From positions 1,123,601 through 1,187,600 of the forward strand of contig CM119267.1 of assembly GCA_051294375.1 (NCBI GenBank): a stretch of DNA of 64,000 nt, written 5' to 3'. How positions within the stretch are numbered: position 1 is the first letter of the stretch; the number at the start of each line of letters is the position of its first letter. Shown piece by piece: positions 26,082-40,565 of this stretch. Position numbers and translations under genes: made by a program. The notes beneath the pieces were generated by a model. It was not told the origin of the DNA and did no database searches. It saw only the letters and a program-made list of their open reading frames with translations. This DNA is from Paraspadella gotoi. Its lineage: Eukaryota > Animalia > Chaetognatha.

Positions 26082-27262
26082 ACGCCTGTCCAGTGTCCAC
26101 GTTCACTCGAGGCAACTCCCCCCTCGACGCCCCCCCCCGACAATGCCGAGCCGCGACGCGTGCTTGCTCTCGAGTTCGGCGATCAAATGCCAAGTGGACA
26201 AACACTATTTTGCCGAAGGTCGATGCCGCAACGATTATCCCAGGGAAGACTGCAACTCTAAGGCGCTCTTCCTTCCTAGATATTGCAAGAACTCCATTGG
26301 AGGTAAGGAATGAGGATGGAAAGGGGAACCAATCAGCCAATCCTTTTGAGCAAAGATAAACCAATGAGAGCCCGTTCTCAATACGCGATATACTTGACGC
26401 ATTTTTCCCCCTTTCTTCTCCTTATTTGATTACCATTTCTTATCACCTCCTTTCCTTTTCTATTTTTCTTCTCTCTTTTCTATTTTTCTTCTCTCTTTTC
26501 TTTTTTTCCCCTTCCTTTTTTTCCCTTCCTTTTTTCCCGTTCCTTTTTTTCCCTTCCTTTTTTTCCCGTTCGCTTTTTTTCCCTTCCTTTTTTTCCCTTC
26601 CTTTTTTTCCCTCCTTTTTTTCCTTCCTTTTTTCCCGTTCCTTTTTTCCCGTTTCTTTTTTCCCGTTCTTTTTTTCCCGTTCCTTTTTCCCGTTCCTTTT
26701 TTTCCCTTCCTTTTTTCCCGTTCCTTTTTTTCCTTCCTTTTTTTCCCTTCCTTTTTTTCCCTTCCTTTTTTTTCCCTTCCTTTTTTTCCTTCCTTTCTTT
26801 CATCCCCCTTCCCCCCTCTCCCCCCTCCGGCCACGGCCCCGCCCAAAAGGCGCGAGTTTCCAATGCTGCGACGGCCAAACCATCGCGTGGCGCTACGTCA
26901 ACACGAAATACAGCAAACACTGCGTCGAGTTCGAGGACGAGCGCGTCAATCACGTTCTCTGCCCGGAAGAGGCGCCGTCGGCGTCTCACTTCGGCGTCGT
27001 CTCCGCGTGCATCATCGTCCTCGTCGTCGTCCTCATCGTCGGTCTCGCCGTCGTCGTCCTCAAACGCCTTCGGTTCAATCGGTTGCGAACGCGGAACCCT
27101 CGACGCGTCGTCGTCACTGGTCCGGATTGGGCGTCGACGCCGGGATCGCTGTCCACAGCGCCTCGGCCGCCTTCCGTCGCCGCCAACGACTTGGCCCCGC
27201 CCACCTACGAAGAGGCCATCCTGTTGAGCGATCGTCCGCCCGGTTTTGACAAAGTTCAATGA
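26082..27262 (+). CDS. Single-pass membrane protein with a Cys-rich/LDLa-like ectodomain and cytoplasmic PPxY (exons about 26082/26143-26302 and 26850-27262; 5' end uncertain)
   Basis: Cys-rich exon with a GTAAGG donor, then FQCCDGQTI...C..EDE (LDLa-like), hydrophobic IIVLVVVLIVGLAVVVL followed by KRLR, and a PPTY motif. Confidence 0.6.
26455..26810 (+). repeat. Pyrimidine tandem tract (TTTTTTCCCTTCC)n filling an intron
   Basis: About 350 bp of almost pure C/T repeat. Confidence 0.9.
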
Positions 27263-27985
27263 AATTTATTTCTTTTTTTTTCTTTCCTGATGGGTCGGTC
27301 CGTCTGTCTGTATATGTAGTCTGCCTTTCGGATGTCGTTGTCATCCTACGAATTCATTGTCTGGGTTTTGGATAAACTCTCCTTTTGTTTTGTTTTTTTT
27401 TGTTTTTTTTGTTTTTTTTGTTTTTTTTTCGCGTATGTATACTAATTTTTAAATACATATATTTTTTTTCTCGATTATTTGCACAACTTGTCGAAATTAA
27501 GTACTTCCTCGTTTTGTTAGACGAAGTACTTTAGTAACTAAAAAACTGTACAATTAATTTCCTTACATTTATGTTCATCTAGTCAGGACGTTTTTTTTTA
27601 TGAATATTGTTAATTATGCATAATATGTGACAAACAAATGGCTAAAAAAAAAAAAAAACGACCGGTTTTTTTCTTGGGATGGAACTGGAGAGTGGGGAGA
27701 ATTAATGTAATTGTACATTGTCTAATGCCTAATAAGCATTGCTTATTGTTACGTCGGTTATTTCTTTACAATATTTTTTTCATAAATCATGTTTTTTGTG
27801 ATTAAAAAAAATCATTCGCCTTCTTTTTTTTTTGCAGCAGCGTTTTTCATGACATAACGCAATTCAGTGGAGTTCATCCCATTCATTTTTTCGAATCATT
27901 CATCCCATTCATTTTTTCGATTCATTCATCCCATTCGTTCGTTCGATTCATTCATCCCATTCATTGTTTCGATTCATTCATAAAA

Positions 27986-28744
27986 ATGCGTTGCCTCTAC
28001 GCTGGCCTCATCTCCGTTGTCTTCGTCATCATCGTCGCCATTCTCGTCATCATCTGGATCTTCGAAGGTCCCGACTCTGGAGGCTACGATCAAATCAAGC
28101 GACCGATGAAGGACGACCGAGTCTCCGCCTTTCTCGGCTCTTATCTCCTCCTCCTCCTCCTCCCCCTCCTCCTCCTCTTCATCGTCGGTCTCGCTTGCTT
28201 CTATCGCTTCCGGATTCGACGCCGAGAAAAGATCGATGCCGAGAAGATGAAGCCGGATTCGCCCGTCGCCGCTCCCGCCCTTCCCGGGCGCAGAACGCCG
28301 CCGCCGTCTCGCGTGGAACTCGCTTCCGCGCCGCCGGCGATCCTGGTGGGCGCGCCGGTTCAACCGGAACCGGCGTCTATCGACGTGAGGACGTTGGACG
28401 CGACGCTACCGAGGCCTCTGCCGCCGTTGGTCGAGTTTCGCAACCACGTCGACGCGAAAGTCTGTCAGTCGTCGCCGACGTCAACGACGGCGCCACCGGC
28501 CTACGACTCTTTGGTCTACAATCCGCACACCGGGTCTCAGATGAGTTCGCACGCTTCGCCTCACCCCGCGCCTCACTCTTCGCCTCACCCAAGGAAGAAC
28601 CTGACGCCGTCCGCGTCGTCGTCGTCGTCGTCGCCGAAGATGGAAAGATCGACGGGAATGTCGACGGCGATCTCGACGTCGTCTCTCTCCAGAGCCAGAG
28701 TCGTCAGAGCCATCAATCAGGCCTCCAAGGAATCCGCGCTCTAA
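27986..28744 (+). CDS. Intronless protein with two hydrophobic helices and a Pro/Ser-rich tail with PPAY
   Basis: 252-aa ATG ORF with exon-like GC content, two TM-like segments and a PPxY motif. Confidence 0.65.
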   Translation: MRCLYAGLISVVFVIIVAILVIIWIFEGPDSGGYDQIKRPMKDDRVSAFLGSYLLLLLLPLLLLFIVGLACFYRFRIRRREKIDAEKMKPDSPVAAPALPGRRTPPPSRVELASAPPAILVGAPVQPEPASIDVRTLDATLPRPLPPLVEFRNHVDAKVCQSSPTSTTAPPAYDSLVYNPHTGSQMSSHASPHPAPHSSPHPRKNLTPSASSSSSSPKMERSTGMSTAISTSSLSRARVVRAINQASKESAL

Positions 28745-29255
28745 AAAACCCATCGCCCGCCAGATTTATTTTTCCTCTTTTTTCTTGAAATATTTCTGTC
28801 CAAGAGCCTGAAGGGGCCTTAGATTGCATCGCCCTTTGTTTAAATAGATGGGAATATTACTTTGTTGTTTTATTAATACATTCATCTCGTTTTTAACTTT
28901 GCTGTGGAGATTATTTTTTTTTCTGCGTGGTCTCTCGATTTACTCATATAATTTTGTTTCAAAATGATCGCCTTTAATTATATAAATTTATATTTATTGT
29001 TGCGTTTTTACAAACGTTAACGAAATCATCACTTTGTTTGAAGTGCCTTTGAATTTTTTGCGGTTTATACTTTTTTTTCTTTTACAAGGATGATTACTGG
29101 AAATTAAGGCGCCCAGGGAATCATAAGGCACCGACATCAAATTGTCCAAGGCGCCGCGCCGTGACGACGCCAGCAATGCGTCTTCCTCTGAAGCGCCTCC
29201 CTTTAACTCTATTTTCTCGATCGTCCGATCGGAACTCCTTCCTTCAACATTAACA

Positions 29256-30699
29256 ATGACACTTCCTCTTCTAAGAAGAGCGTCGTCCATCTGCTCATCG
29301 CCACAACCTCTTTCTCTTTTCAAAACAAACTCTCGCTTTTCTCCTTTCTTCAAATTCTCGCCAAAGGATGTTCCGGCGCCAAAAAGGAGCGCCATTCGCC
29401 GAATTCTAGGCGCCGCGGCGTCATCGTCGCCGCTTCCACCTCGGCGTCTCCTCTCCCTCTTCCCCCTCTTGCCGACGATCCTCTCCAACTCTTCGTCCGC
29501 CCAACCGATCCTGGGTCTCTCCTCCAAACCCAAGAAGGTGGAGCAAGGTTACACGGGTCGAACTCTCATCGTTCAGTTTCTCTACAAACTCTGGGATTCC
29601 ATCCAATTTCTCGTCAGCCTCTTTAAGTTTGCGGTTCTTTTCTCTCCTTTCCTCTTTTCTTATCCGCTGACTTACCTCGGGACGAGATTAGAAGATCTTT
29701 GGTGGGTTTTCTTCAAGAGAGCCATCGTCGCCGGTCAGTCTTCATTCTTACTAGTAAATCATAATTATTAATTAAACATTAAATACGACGGACAAATGTA
29801 GCATCCAACTGCGAACATTACAGAAAAAAACATTTATTAATACTTTTTAATTAAATCACAACAATGTGCATTGTCGGCGTTAAATGGATGCATTGTTAGT
29901 TTTTAAAGTACCCTTTGAATATATTATTTAGGAATGTATAAAGATAACTGATAACTATTCACTCGATTATTTTTAATCGTTAGGCGGACCGATCTCGGTC
30001 GAGCTGGCTAAATGGCTGGGAACGAGAGAAGATCTTTTTTTGCACAAAACTTGTTTGAATTTGGCGTCCGTGTCTCACAGAGATTCGCCGCACTCATGGT
30101 TAGTTTTATTAGTGATAATCTTTTGAGTTAATAAACGACTCAAGGTTTTATTGTTCTTAAAGGTATTCCACCAAAAAGAAGCTACGCCGTGCACTGGGCA
30201 AAGACTGGAACAACACTGTGGTCAAATTTGATCCGCCGCGTCTACCGGTTGCCAACTCGGAAATCTGTCAGGTGGAGTTAATCAATGAAAAACTTATTCT
30301 TTAAATTCATTATTCGATTCTCTATAATTTTTCATATTCGTTTATTTCTTAACCAAATTGAGTGACCCTTCTTTCAGGTCTACAAAGCGCAGTTGCCACT
30401 GGACGCTTGCGCTGATCAAGTGGCTGAGGAAATCATTCGCGAAGTCGACGATTCAGAAGGTACGTCGAGGTTGTTGTCAGTTGTAGTCTTTTGCATTTGT
30501 CCCTATCAAGGGGATTGATTGATAGATTGAGAGTGATCGATCAATCAATCAATCAACCAATTAATCAAAAAACCGCCGCAATCGCATACAAAAATCTGGA
30601 CCTATGATAAACTTTGATACTCAAAAAATCAAATTTTATACAGGAAAACTATGTTTTATAGGGTAGTGTGGGGTAATTCGGAACACTTTTGGAAGAACT

Positions 30700-30759
<60 letters not shown>

Positions 30760-32675
30760 ATCCTTCCCTCCTCCACAGGTCTTGAGGAGCCCTTCCTCTC
30801 TGACGGGATCGAGATCGTGGGTCTTGGTCGATGGTTGAGCGGCCACGACGACGACGAGGACATTGTCGACCGGGCCTTCGGCTCTTGGACGCTGACGAAG
30901 CAGGGGCTCGCCCAGTCGGCCGCCGAAAATGCCCAGGTGAGGCTGCCAGAAAAAGATGGCGTTGATAGACGGGCCTAATAGCAATTATATTTGTCACTTT
31001 TTGGTCGCTCGGTTAATCTATGTATTATTGGAAAATAATTTTACCTATGTAGCCTTATTTATAATTAGAATCAATCTTTTTTAAAAAAACGCAACAGGGA
31101 TCCCGTTGTTGTCCCATATAATAATATTATAATATTATTATATTTTTATAATAATAGGGATCCCGTTGTTGTCCCATCGTTCTCCCGCCTTCGACGGAAC
31201 CCGAAGTCGCCGTCGCCTCGAAGGAGACCGATCGCACGCGGCGCTTTCTCGATCCCGGTTCCGCTGCTCATGTCGCCTCGGCGTCGATACTGGGAGGCTT
31301 CGTCGACGCCGTCTATCGGGCATTAGCCAAATCGTCGGCACTTATGTCCAAGATTGGTTCTATGAGACAGGTGGGTGGGTATTGGGACAATAAAGAATGG
31401 GAAAGGGTTTGGTGGTTTAACAACTCCTTGTTTTTGGACAGGAGCTTCAAATCGTACCCGATCCTTTCGACTTGACTCCGGCAATTGCGCCTAAACCAAC
31501 TGACTTGGCTGAGGGCGACATCATCGATAAAGAAGCTCTATCGATGATGTCCACGACAGATGTCAACCGAAATAACAACAACAACGACGAAATTGTGGAC
31601 GATAACCATAAAAACAACAACAATGAAAACAAGAATCAAATCGAGGCCAACTTCTCTGGCGCCGACAACCTCGACGATCGCCACGCCTCATCTTCCTCTT
31701 CTTCCTCATCTTCCTCGTCTTCCGAAGCCCAGGGCACCTTGCGGGCGGCGGAGCGGCTCGACTTCGCCGACCGAGTGCCAGACATGACGCCCGAAGAGAT
31801 GGCCGTGCTCGAGGCCGTCGAGCCTAAGGAGGAACCGCAGCCTCACATCCCCGAGAGCGTCTCCGAGGGCGTGGAGGCTTTGTTGCACATCGGGGTCGAG
31901 GCCGTCCACGCCGCCAAGGAGTCGGTCAAGGGAGGCGTGGCTCAGATCAAAGAGACGGTCGTTCACTTCGACGATTATGAGGTTGGTTCATGATATCCTA
32001 TCGATTCTAATAAATCTTTATTGGTTTCGTAAAATCTCTATCGATACTGATGAATCTTTATTAATTTTGATAAATCTTTACCGACTCTAATAAATCTATA
32101 TTGGTTTGGATAAATATTTATCGATTTAATATTAATCTACTTTCACGAATCATTATTGATTCGAGTTGTAAACATAAATTTTCTCGATTGTTATAAATTT
32201 CTATGTGAAATCTATCTTTATCGAGGATAAAAAATATTCCCTCGATTTTAATTAATTCTCATCCAATAAATCTTTGAACCTTCTTAATAGCCCGTAATCG
32301 ATTTTAATAAATGTTATCCAATCCAACTAATCTCCGTCGATTCCCCTTCTTCTCAGTCCGCCATCCCCGCCGCCCCTTCCGTCCTTCTGGGACGCCACCC
32401 GTCGCATTGCCAGTGCCATTTGTGCCAGAGTCTCGTCCCCGTCGCCGTCAAGATCCTGCATCCCGGAATCGTCCGCCACGCCCTCCGCGACCTCGACGTC
32501 CTCCGCCTTCTCTCCGCCGCCGCCCAACGCCTCGTCCCCTGGATGCGCTGGTGGGAACCCGCCAACTGCGTCGAGGAATTCTGCGACCGACTTCACCGCA
32601 TGATCAACCTCAAGCGGGAGGCCCTCGCTTTAGAAAAGTTTAACATCAACTTCGCCGAGAATCCTAATGTCAGGT

Positions 32676-32745
<70 letters not shown>

Positions 32746-34516
32746 ATGAGTGAGAGACGCCTCAGTTTTTTAGCTGTCTTGACTGGTTTGTCCTAATGAT
32801 TCATTTATTCTTACCATTCATTCCCCCATACATTTCCTCATTCATTCCCCCCCCAATTCATTGCCCCAGATTTCCCCGACCCATGAGGCCTTTCGTCCAC
32901 CGCGACGTCCTCGTCGAGATGTGGGAAGAATCAGAGACGATGGAGAGATTCCTCGCTAACGACGACGACAACGACGACGTTGAAGGATCCCGGATTCCAT
33001 CGTCTCTCCGATCTTCACTCGCGGAGATCATCACGCACGCCCTCGTCAAGATGATCTTCGAGGACAACTTCGTTCATTGCGACATCACGAGCAGAGAACG
33101 TTTTGGTCCAGGTTGGTGACAGGGGGGGAATAACTGGAAGGATAGGAAAGAAACTGAAGAGAAGGGAAAGGAACTGAAACTGAAAGTAAACAAAACAAAA
33201 GTATGTAAACCAAAACTTAACCAATATCTCGTCCATTTAACCGAACTCTGCCTCTTTTTCAGAACGGTCGGTATTTGATCGAGAATCCGCCGGACAAAGA
33301 CAAATTGATCCAAGTTGAGGTGATGGACACAATCGTCGTGGCGACAGAAGAACAAAAGATGAATCCTCTGCGTCTCGTCCTTTGTGACGTCGACGTCGCA
33401 TCTCACGTCTCCAATGTAGACGCATTGAGGGATCTCTTTAAGGGTGAGATCGATCGATCGATCGATCGATCGATTCAATGATGGGATTTATTGTTATTAA
33501 TTTCAATATTAAATTGTTCGCTTGAGTAAAACATAGATTGACTGTGAATAAGTCAAATAAAAATCAAATAAACATTAAAAAAAAAAACAATTAGGATGAA
33601 TACCACGTGTCAGTGTCGAATCTATCTTTCCTTCACCTCAGGAATCTTCTCCCGCGACCACGCCCTTTCCGCTTCCGGCCTCAACTCCTTCGTGTCGTCT
33701 TCCGCTCGAGCTAAAGATCTTCGTGGCTTCAACGAGGATTTGGTGGAGTGTTTCGCCAGCCACTCGGGAGGCATCGACGACGACGACCTTGCTTCACCCG
33801 GTTCGAGACGTGACTGGTTTTTTGATCAAAATGACCACAAATTATATCTCTAATTTTTAGACTTTGAAAGATTTTGTGACCTCGCGTCCGGTCATTTTTC
33901 CCTGGTCATTTAGTTGACTTCGTAAAGCAATCGCGGAGCAACTCTATAAATCACTTTTCGGTCAGTTGGTCTGTTCATCGCTTTGTTTTATTTATTTTTA
34001 AATGCTTATAAATCCGGTGAATCTGCAACGATTAAGTGTTATATAAGTTCATCGTATTTGATAGAAAGGTTTGGTACCGAACACCTTTAATGTGCATATG
34101 TGTCACACTCACTAAATCAAGCAATCACATGACCATGACCATAATAGATTATGTGAGATAATGCTTTTTTGCATATGTTTTATAAAGTCAAATAATCATT
34201 GGAAAATTCGTTCATAGAAAAGTTATTGGGGCACAACTGGTTGAACTTGTCGTTTCTTATTTTTTCACCCGTCCCTACCTTTTCAGACTTATCGGACCTG
34301 ATCGACGACCTGTTTAAGGTCCTCTACCGTCACCGAGTTAAAATGGAGGACGATTTCGTCGCGGTCCTCACTTCGATGCTCGCCGTGGAGAAGATCGGTC
34401 GGAAATTGATTGGCGACGAGCAGAACCTCTTGGCGGCAATCCGGAGGAGATTAGCCGAGGAAGAGGCGCCGGGAGAGGTGGCCGGAGTGGGCGTGGCTTC
34501 CGAAGAGGCGGACTAA
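29256..34516 (+). CDS. ADCK2: aarF/UbiB-family atypical kinase, ADCK2-like with divergent motifs, about 12 exons
   Basis: GGPISVELAKWLGTREDLF..HSW, VYKA, VAVKILHPG..DL, INLKREA..LEKF..NF, FPRP..VLVE, KMIFEDNFVHCD, PLRLVLCD and YRHRVKMEDDF..EKIGRKL. The N-terminus resembles a mitochondrial presequence. One apparent 1-nt indel near 33090. Confidence 0.8.
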
Positions 34517-34900
34517 TGATCGCCGATCGATCTCGAGATAGAATTTTCGATCTAAACATGGAGTCGAAAAACCCGCAATGAGAATTCGCATTCATTCTCC
34601 GTTTCACTTGTTGCCAAATCACGATGTTAGATCAGATTTGCCTGCGCGTCAAGTCATTAGAACTCGAAAGATAGTAAAAATACTCGTCAAAATTGACAAG
34701 GTTTTGCCAAATTTATGAATAAGCAAAGACAATGCAACTTCTAAGGTCATTATTCGACCGAAATACCCAGTCTAAAGATGCTCAAGCGATGCCGCGATAG
34801 ATTATTATCAATTTGAATTAGTTCAGTTCTATTGTTTCTCGATTTTTTGTTTGTTTTTTTTCTCGATTTCTCCATTTCAGTTCTGATTCTAGCAAATTTT

Positions 34901-35183
34901 ATCGATTTCAGTTCTAATTGGAGTGAAGACAAATTGTATCGATTTCAGTTCTAATTGGAGTGAAGACAAATTGTATCGATTTCAGTTCTAATTGGAGCGA
35001 AGACAAATTGTATCAATTTCAGTTCTAATTGGAGCAAAGACAAATTGTATCGATTTCAGTTCTAATTGGAGCGAAGACAAATTTTATTGATTTCAGTTCT
35101 AATTGGAGCGAAGACAAATTTGATCGATTTCAGTTCTAATTGGAGCAAAGACAAATTTTATCGATTTCAGTTCTAATTGGAGC
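34901..35183. repeat. 37-bp tandem minisatellite, about 7.6 copies
   Basis: Unit ATCGATTTCAGTTCTAATTGGAGYRAAGACAAATTKT starts at 34901, 34938, ... 35160, with no spacers. Confidence 0.95.
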
Positions 35184-35197
35184 GCGTCGTCTCTTCA

Positions 35198-37090
35198 ATG
35201 AACCGTCTCTCCTCGCTTCTGCCAACGGCCAACAATTTTCAACCGCGGAGAATCTTGGATTCTTTGACTCGAAGACTAAGTGGTAGGACGACGACGACGA
35301 CGAAGAATATGTCGTTGGCCAATATCTCGGATCTCAGGAATAAAGCGGCAAATGATGAGTGAGTGATGGTGAGGGAAATTTAATAGACGGATGGAGAATT
35401 TAGGGGCTTCGGACTCTCAGTCGCTTCCCCAGAAATTTAGGGGCTACGGCTAGGGAGAAAGCCTGATGAGGCTGTTTTGGGTGGGTCATAATCTTTGCAT
35501 GCAAAATGTAGAAATGCAGAAATCGTTTTAAAAGTCAACGAAAGCCAAATGTCTTTTACGCCCTCAAGAGAAGACGACGCCGCCGCCGTAACTGCCGCCC
35601 ATGCTGACGCCATAGAATCCGACGTCGACGAAGACGACGACAGCAACAGTAACGACAACGCGCGGTCTCAACGCGACGACGCGGAGACGGAAGTGGCGTC
35701 GCGACGCGACAAGTTCCTCGCGATGACGCTGGCCGAAAAGAGGGCGCTCTATCACTGCGGGACATCCTACGCGACGGTGGAGAGCATTCCTGTCTGGCCT
35801 GTCTACGCTAAGGTCAAGCTGCACGGGATCAAGGCCGCGGCCAGGTAAGTCAAACTGAGGGAAAAGATTAAAAATTTTATTTCAATTATAATTTTCATCC
35901 GGACTAGGATATTATATAGATTTTAGAATTTGCGTTCTTGTTTGCCGCAAAAATTAAAAGGTTTTTTTTTTGTACGTAGTACATCGTTGGCTCTGCTCAT
36001 GTAGGAATTTTTACTTAAAATATTACAATTATGTAAATATTGACACTTTATTTTCGGCTGAATTTTAATTTAAATTTTCGGATATTACAACCGCTTATAT
36101 CCTCCCTTCCTTTCTCTCCCCCCTACCCTCTCCCCATCTCCCCCCCTCCCTCTCTCCCTCTCCCCCTTCAGCGACAACTCTGGAGCGCCCTCCGTCGACG
36201 AGGACCTTCAACTCTCCGTCGGCCTCTTCTCGTGCGACATCAACGCGGACTCGAGGTTCGACGCCGTCGTCAAACGTCCGCCAACCGCAGCCTCGCGGCG
36301 GCGGCGGCGTCGACGGCGCCATCCACAGCGCCGCCGGTCCTTACCTTCTCGAGGAATGCAAATTGTTGGGTGAGTGAGAGAGCGGCGCGTTAGCGCGGTT
36401 AGCTGGGGTCATTTCCTGCCTTAATTTTGTTGTATTTTTCGATAATTTGTGATAAATTTATTATCGCCTATTAAGTTCTATTATTGATGATTATCAAATA
36501 TGAGGAAATGATAATATTTAATCTCCCAAACAATTAATTATATAGGGGGATGCGACACTGGCGACGCCAAAGTAACGGCGGGATATCATCTTCCCGCCAA
36601 ATACGTGATTCACACCGTCGGCCCCATGGGTGTCAACGAGGACGCGTTAACGAGCTGTTACAAAACTTGTCTCAAAATTATGGAAGAATTGAACCTTGAA
36701 TCCATTGCGTTTCCCTGCATTTCCACGGGTGAGATGAGAAGAATCGATCTCTTGATCTTTTAAATGTTTAATTCTTATTTCCTTTTAACTTAACTCTTCC
36801 CAGGCATCTACGGTTACCCCTCGAACCAGGCTTGTCCCGTCGCTTTACAAACAGTTCGTCGTTTCCTAGCGACGTCGCCTCACGCTTCGCGCGTCCGTCG
36901 AATCGTCTTTTGTCTTTTTCTCGACAAAGACGTTTCCATCTACGAGCGCCTCATGCCCTTTTTCTTTCCTCTGCCAAATTCCGATTCATCGTCGCCGCCG
37001 TCCAAGGCGGAACCCGGCGCCGCCAAACCGACCAGCGTGGAGCCGTCTACGGTGCTGGCCGCGGCGCTCGCCGACGAAGATTCTTCCTGA
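35198..37090 (+). CDS. MACROD2: Macrodomain ADP-ribose glycohydrolase MACROD1/2-like (exons about 35198-35358, 35512-35844, 36171-36369, 36546-36728, 36805-37090)
   Basis: [51 protein letters not shown] and [10 protein letters not shown]. Exon 3 has small indels that are probably sequencing errors. MACROD1 vs MACROD2 cannot be resolved by eye. Confidence 0.88.
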
Positions 37091-37387
37091 GGACCGAGAT
37101 GGAAAAAGAGAGCGAACCTTTTTATTTTTTTTTCCGAAAGTTGCTTTTTCGTGAAAAATCTCTTTTTTTAAAAAAAATTTTAACTGACGGCAATGAATGG
37201 TTAAATTATATGCAAGTTCGACATGGGTGATAAACTTTTCATTTACATTTTTTTTTCTCATTTTCGCCGCGATTTTATCTTTTATTCACAGAATGAAATG
37301 TTGACCGTTGATAAAATGCCGTTGATGTCACGTGACCCCTAACTGACCTCCTCCCACTCGGAACGATGCCGCTACGCCGTTGAGATA

Positions 37388-40024
<2,637 letters not shown>

Positions 40025-40565
40025 CTTGACTTAAAAGGCATTCGTCCAACGAGGGACTAACTCATTACCTCACTCTCAAAGGTGGCAGACAAGAATTCTT
40101 TGAGAGGCTGCAGCCAGAATATTGTTTAAAAGGGGAAAGATATAGGAAGAGAGGGGGAGGAGATTGGGAAGGGGAGGAAGAGGGGGGAAGTGACCACTGA
40201 CCAGGTCCGCTGTACCTTTTCCCCCGTTACTCAGGAAACAGATCGAGATTCCCCCTTTCGGCTTTTCTCTCTCCTTGTTTGCTAGAGCCTCCCGTCCGGT
40301 GCTAGATGTTCCCGCTTGCACTGCGTGGAGGTAGAGAAGTAGGGCTGCGGCGGCGGAAGCATCTTTGTCCACGGCAGCGTCATCGTAGCTTTTGTTGGAT
40401 ATTTATTTTGTTATCAGTTTTGTTGATAATTGCAGGGACTGTTGCGTTATGTGAACTGTTATTCTTTTATTTATTTTTAAGAATCGTAATTTTCGAAGGA
40501 ATAAAAAAAAAAAAAATAAATAAGATAAAAAAAAGATTTGTGATAGCGAAACCAAAACGGAAAGA

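Noticed and set aside
34901-35183. 37-bp repeats of CRISPR-like length
   Set aside because: The units are head-to-tail with no unique spacers, there are no cas genes, and the context is eukaryotic.
35462-35525. CTGATGAG...GAAA as a possible hammerhead ribozyme core
   Set aside because: I could not find the stems required to close the core.
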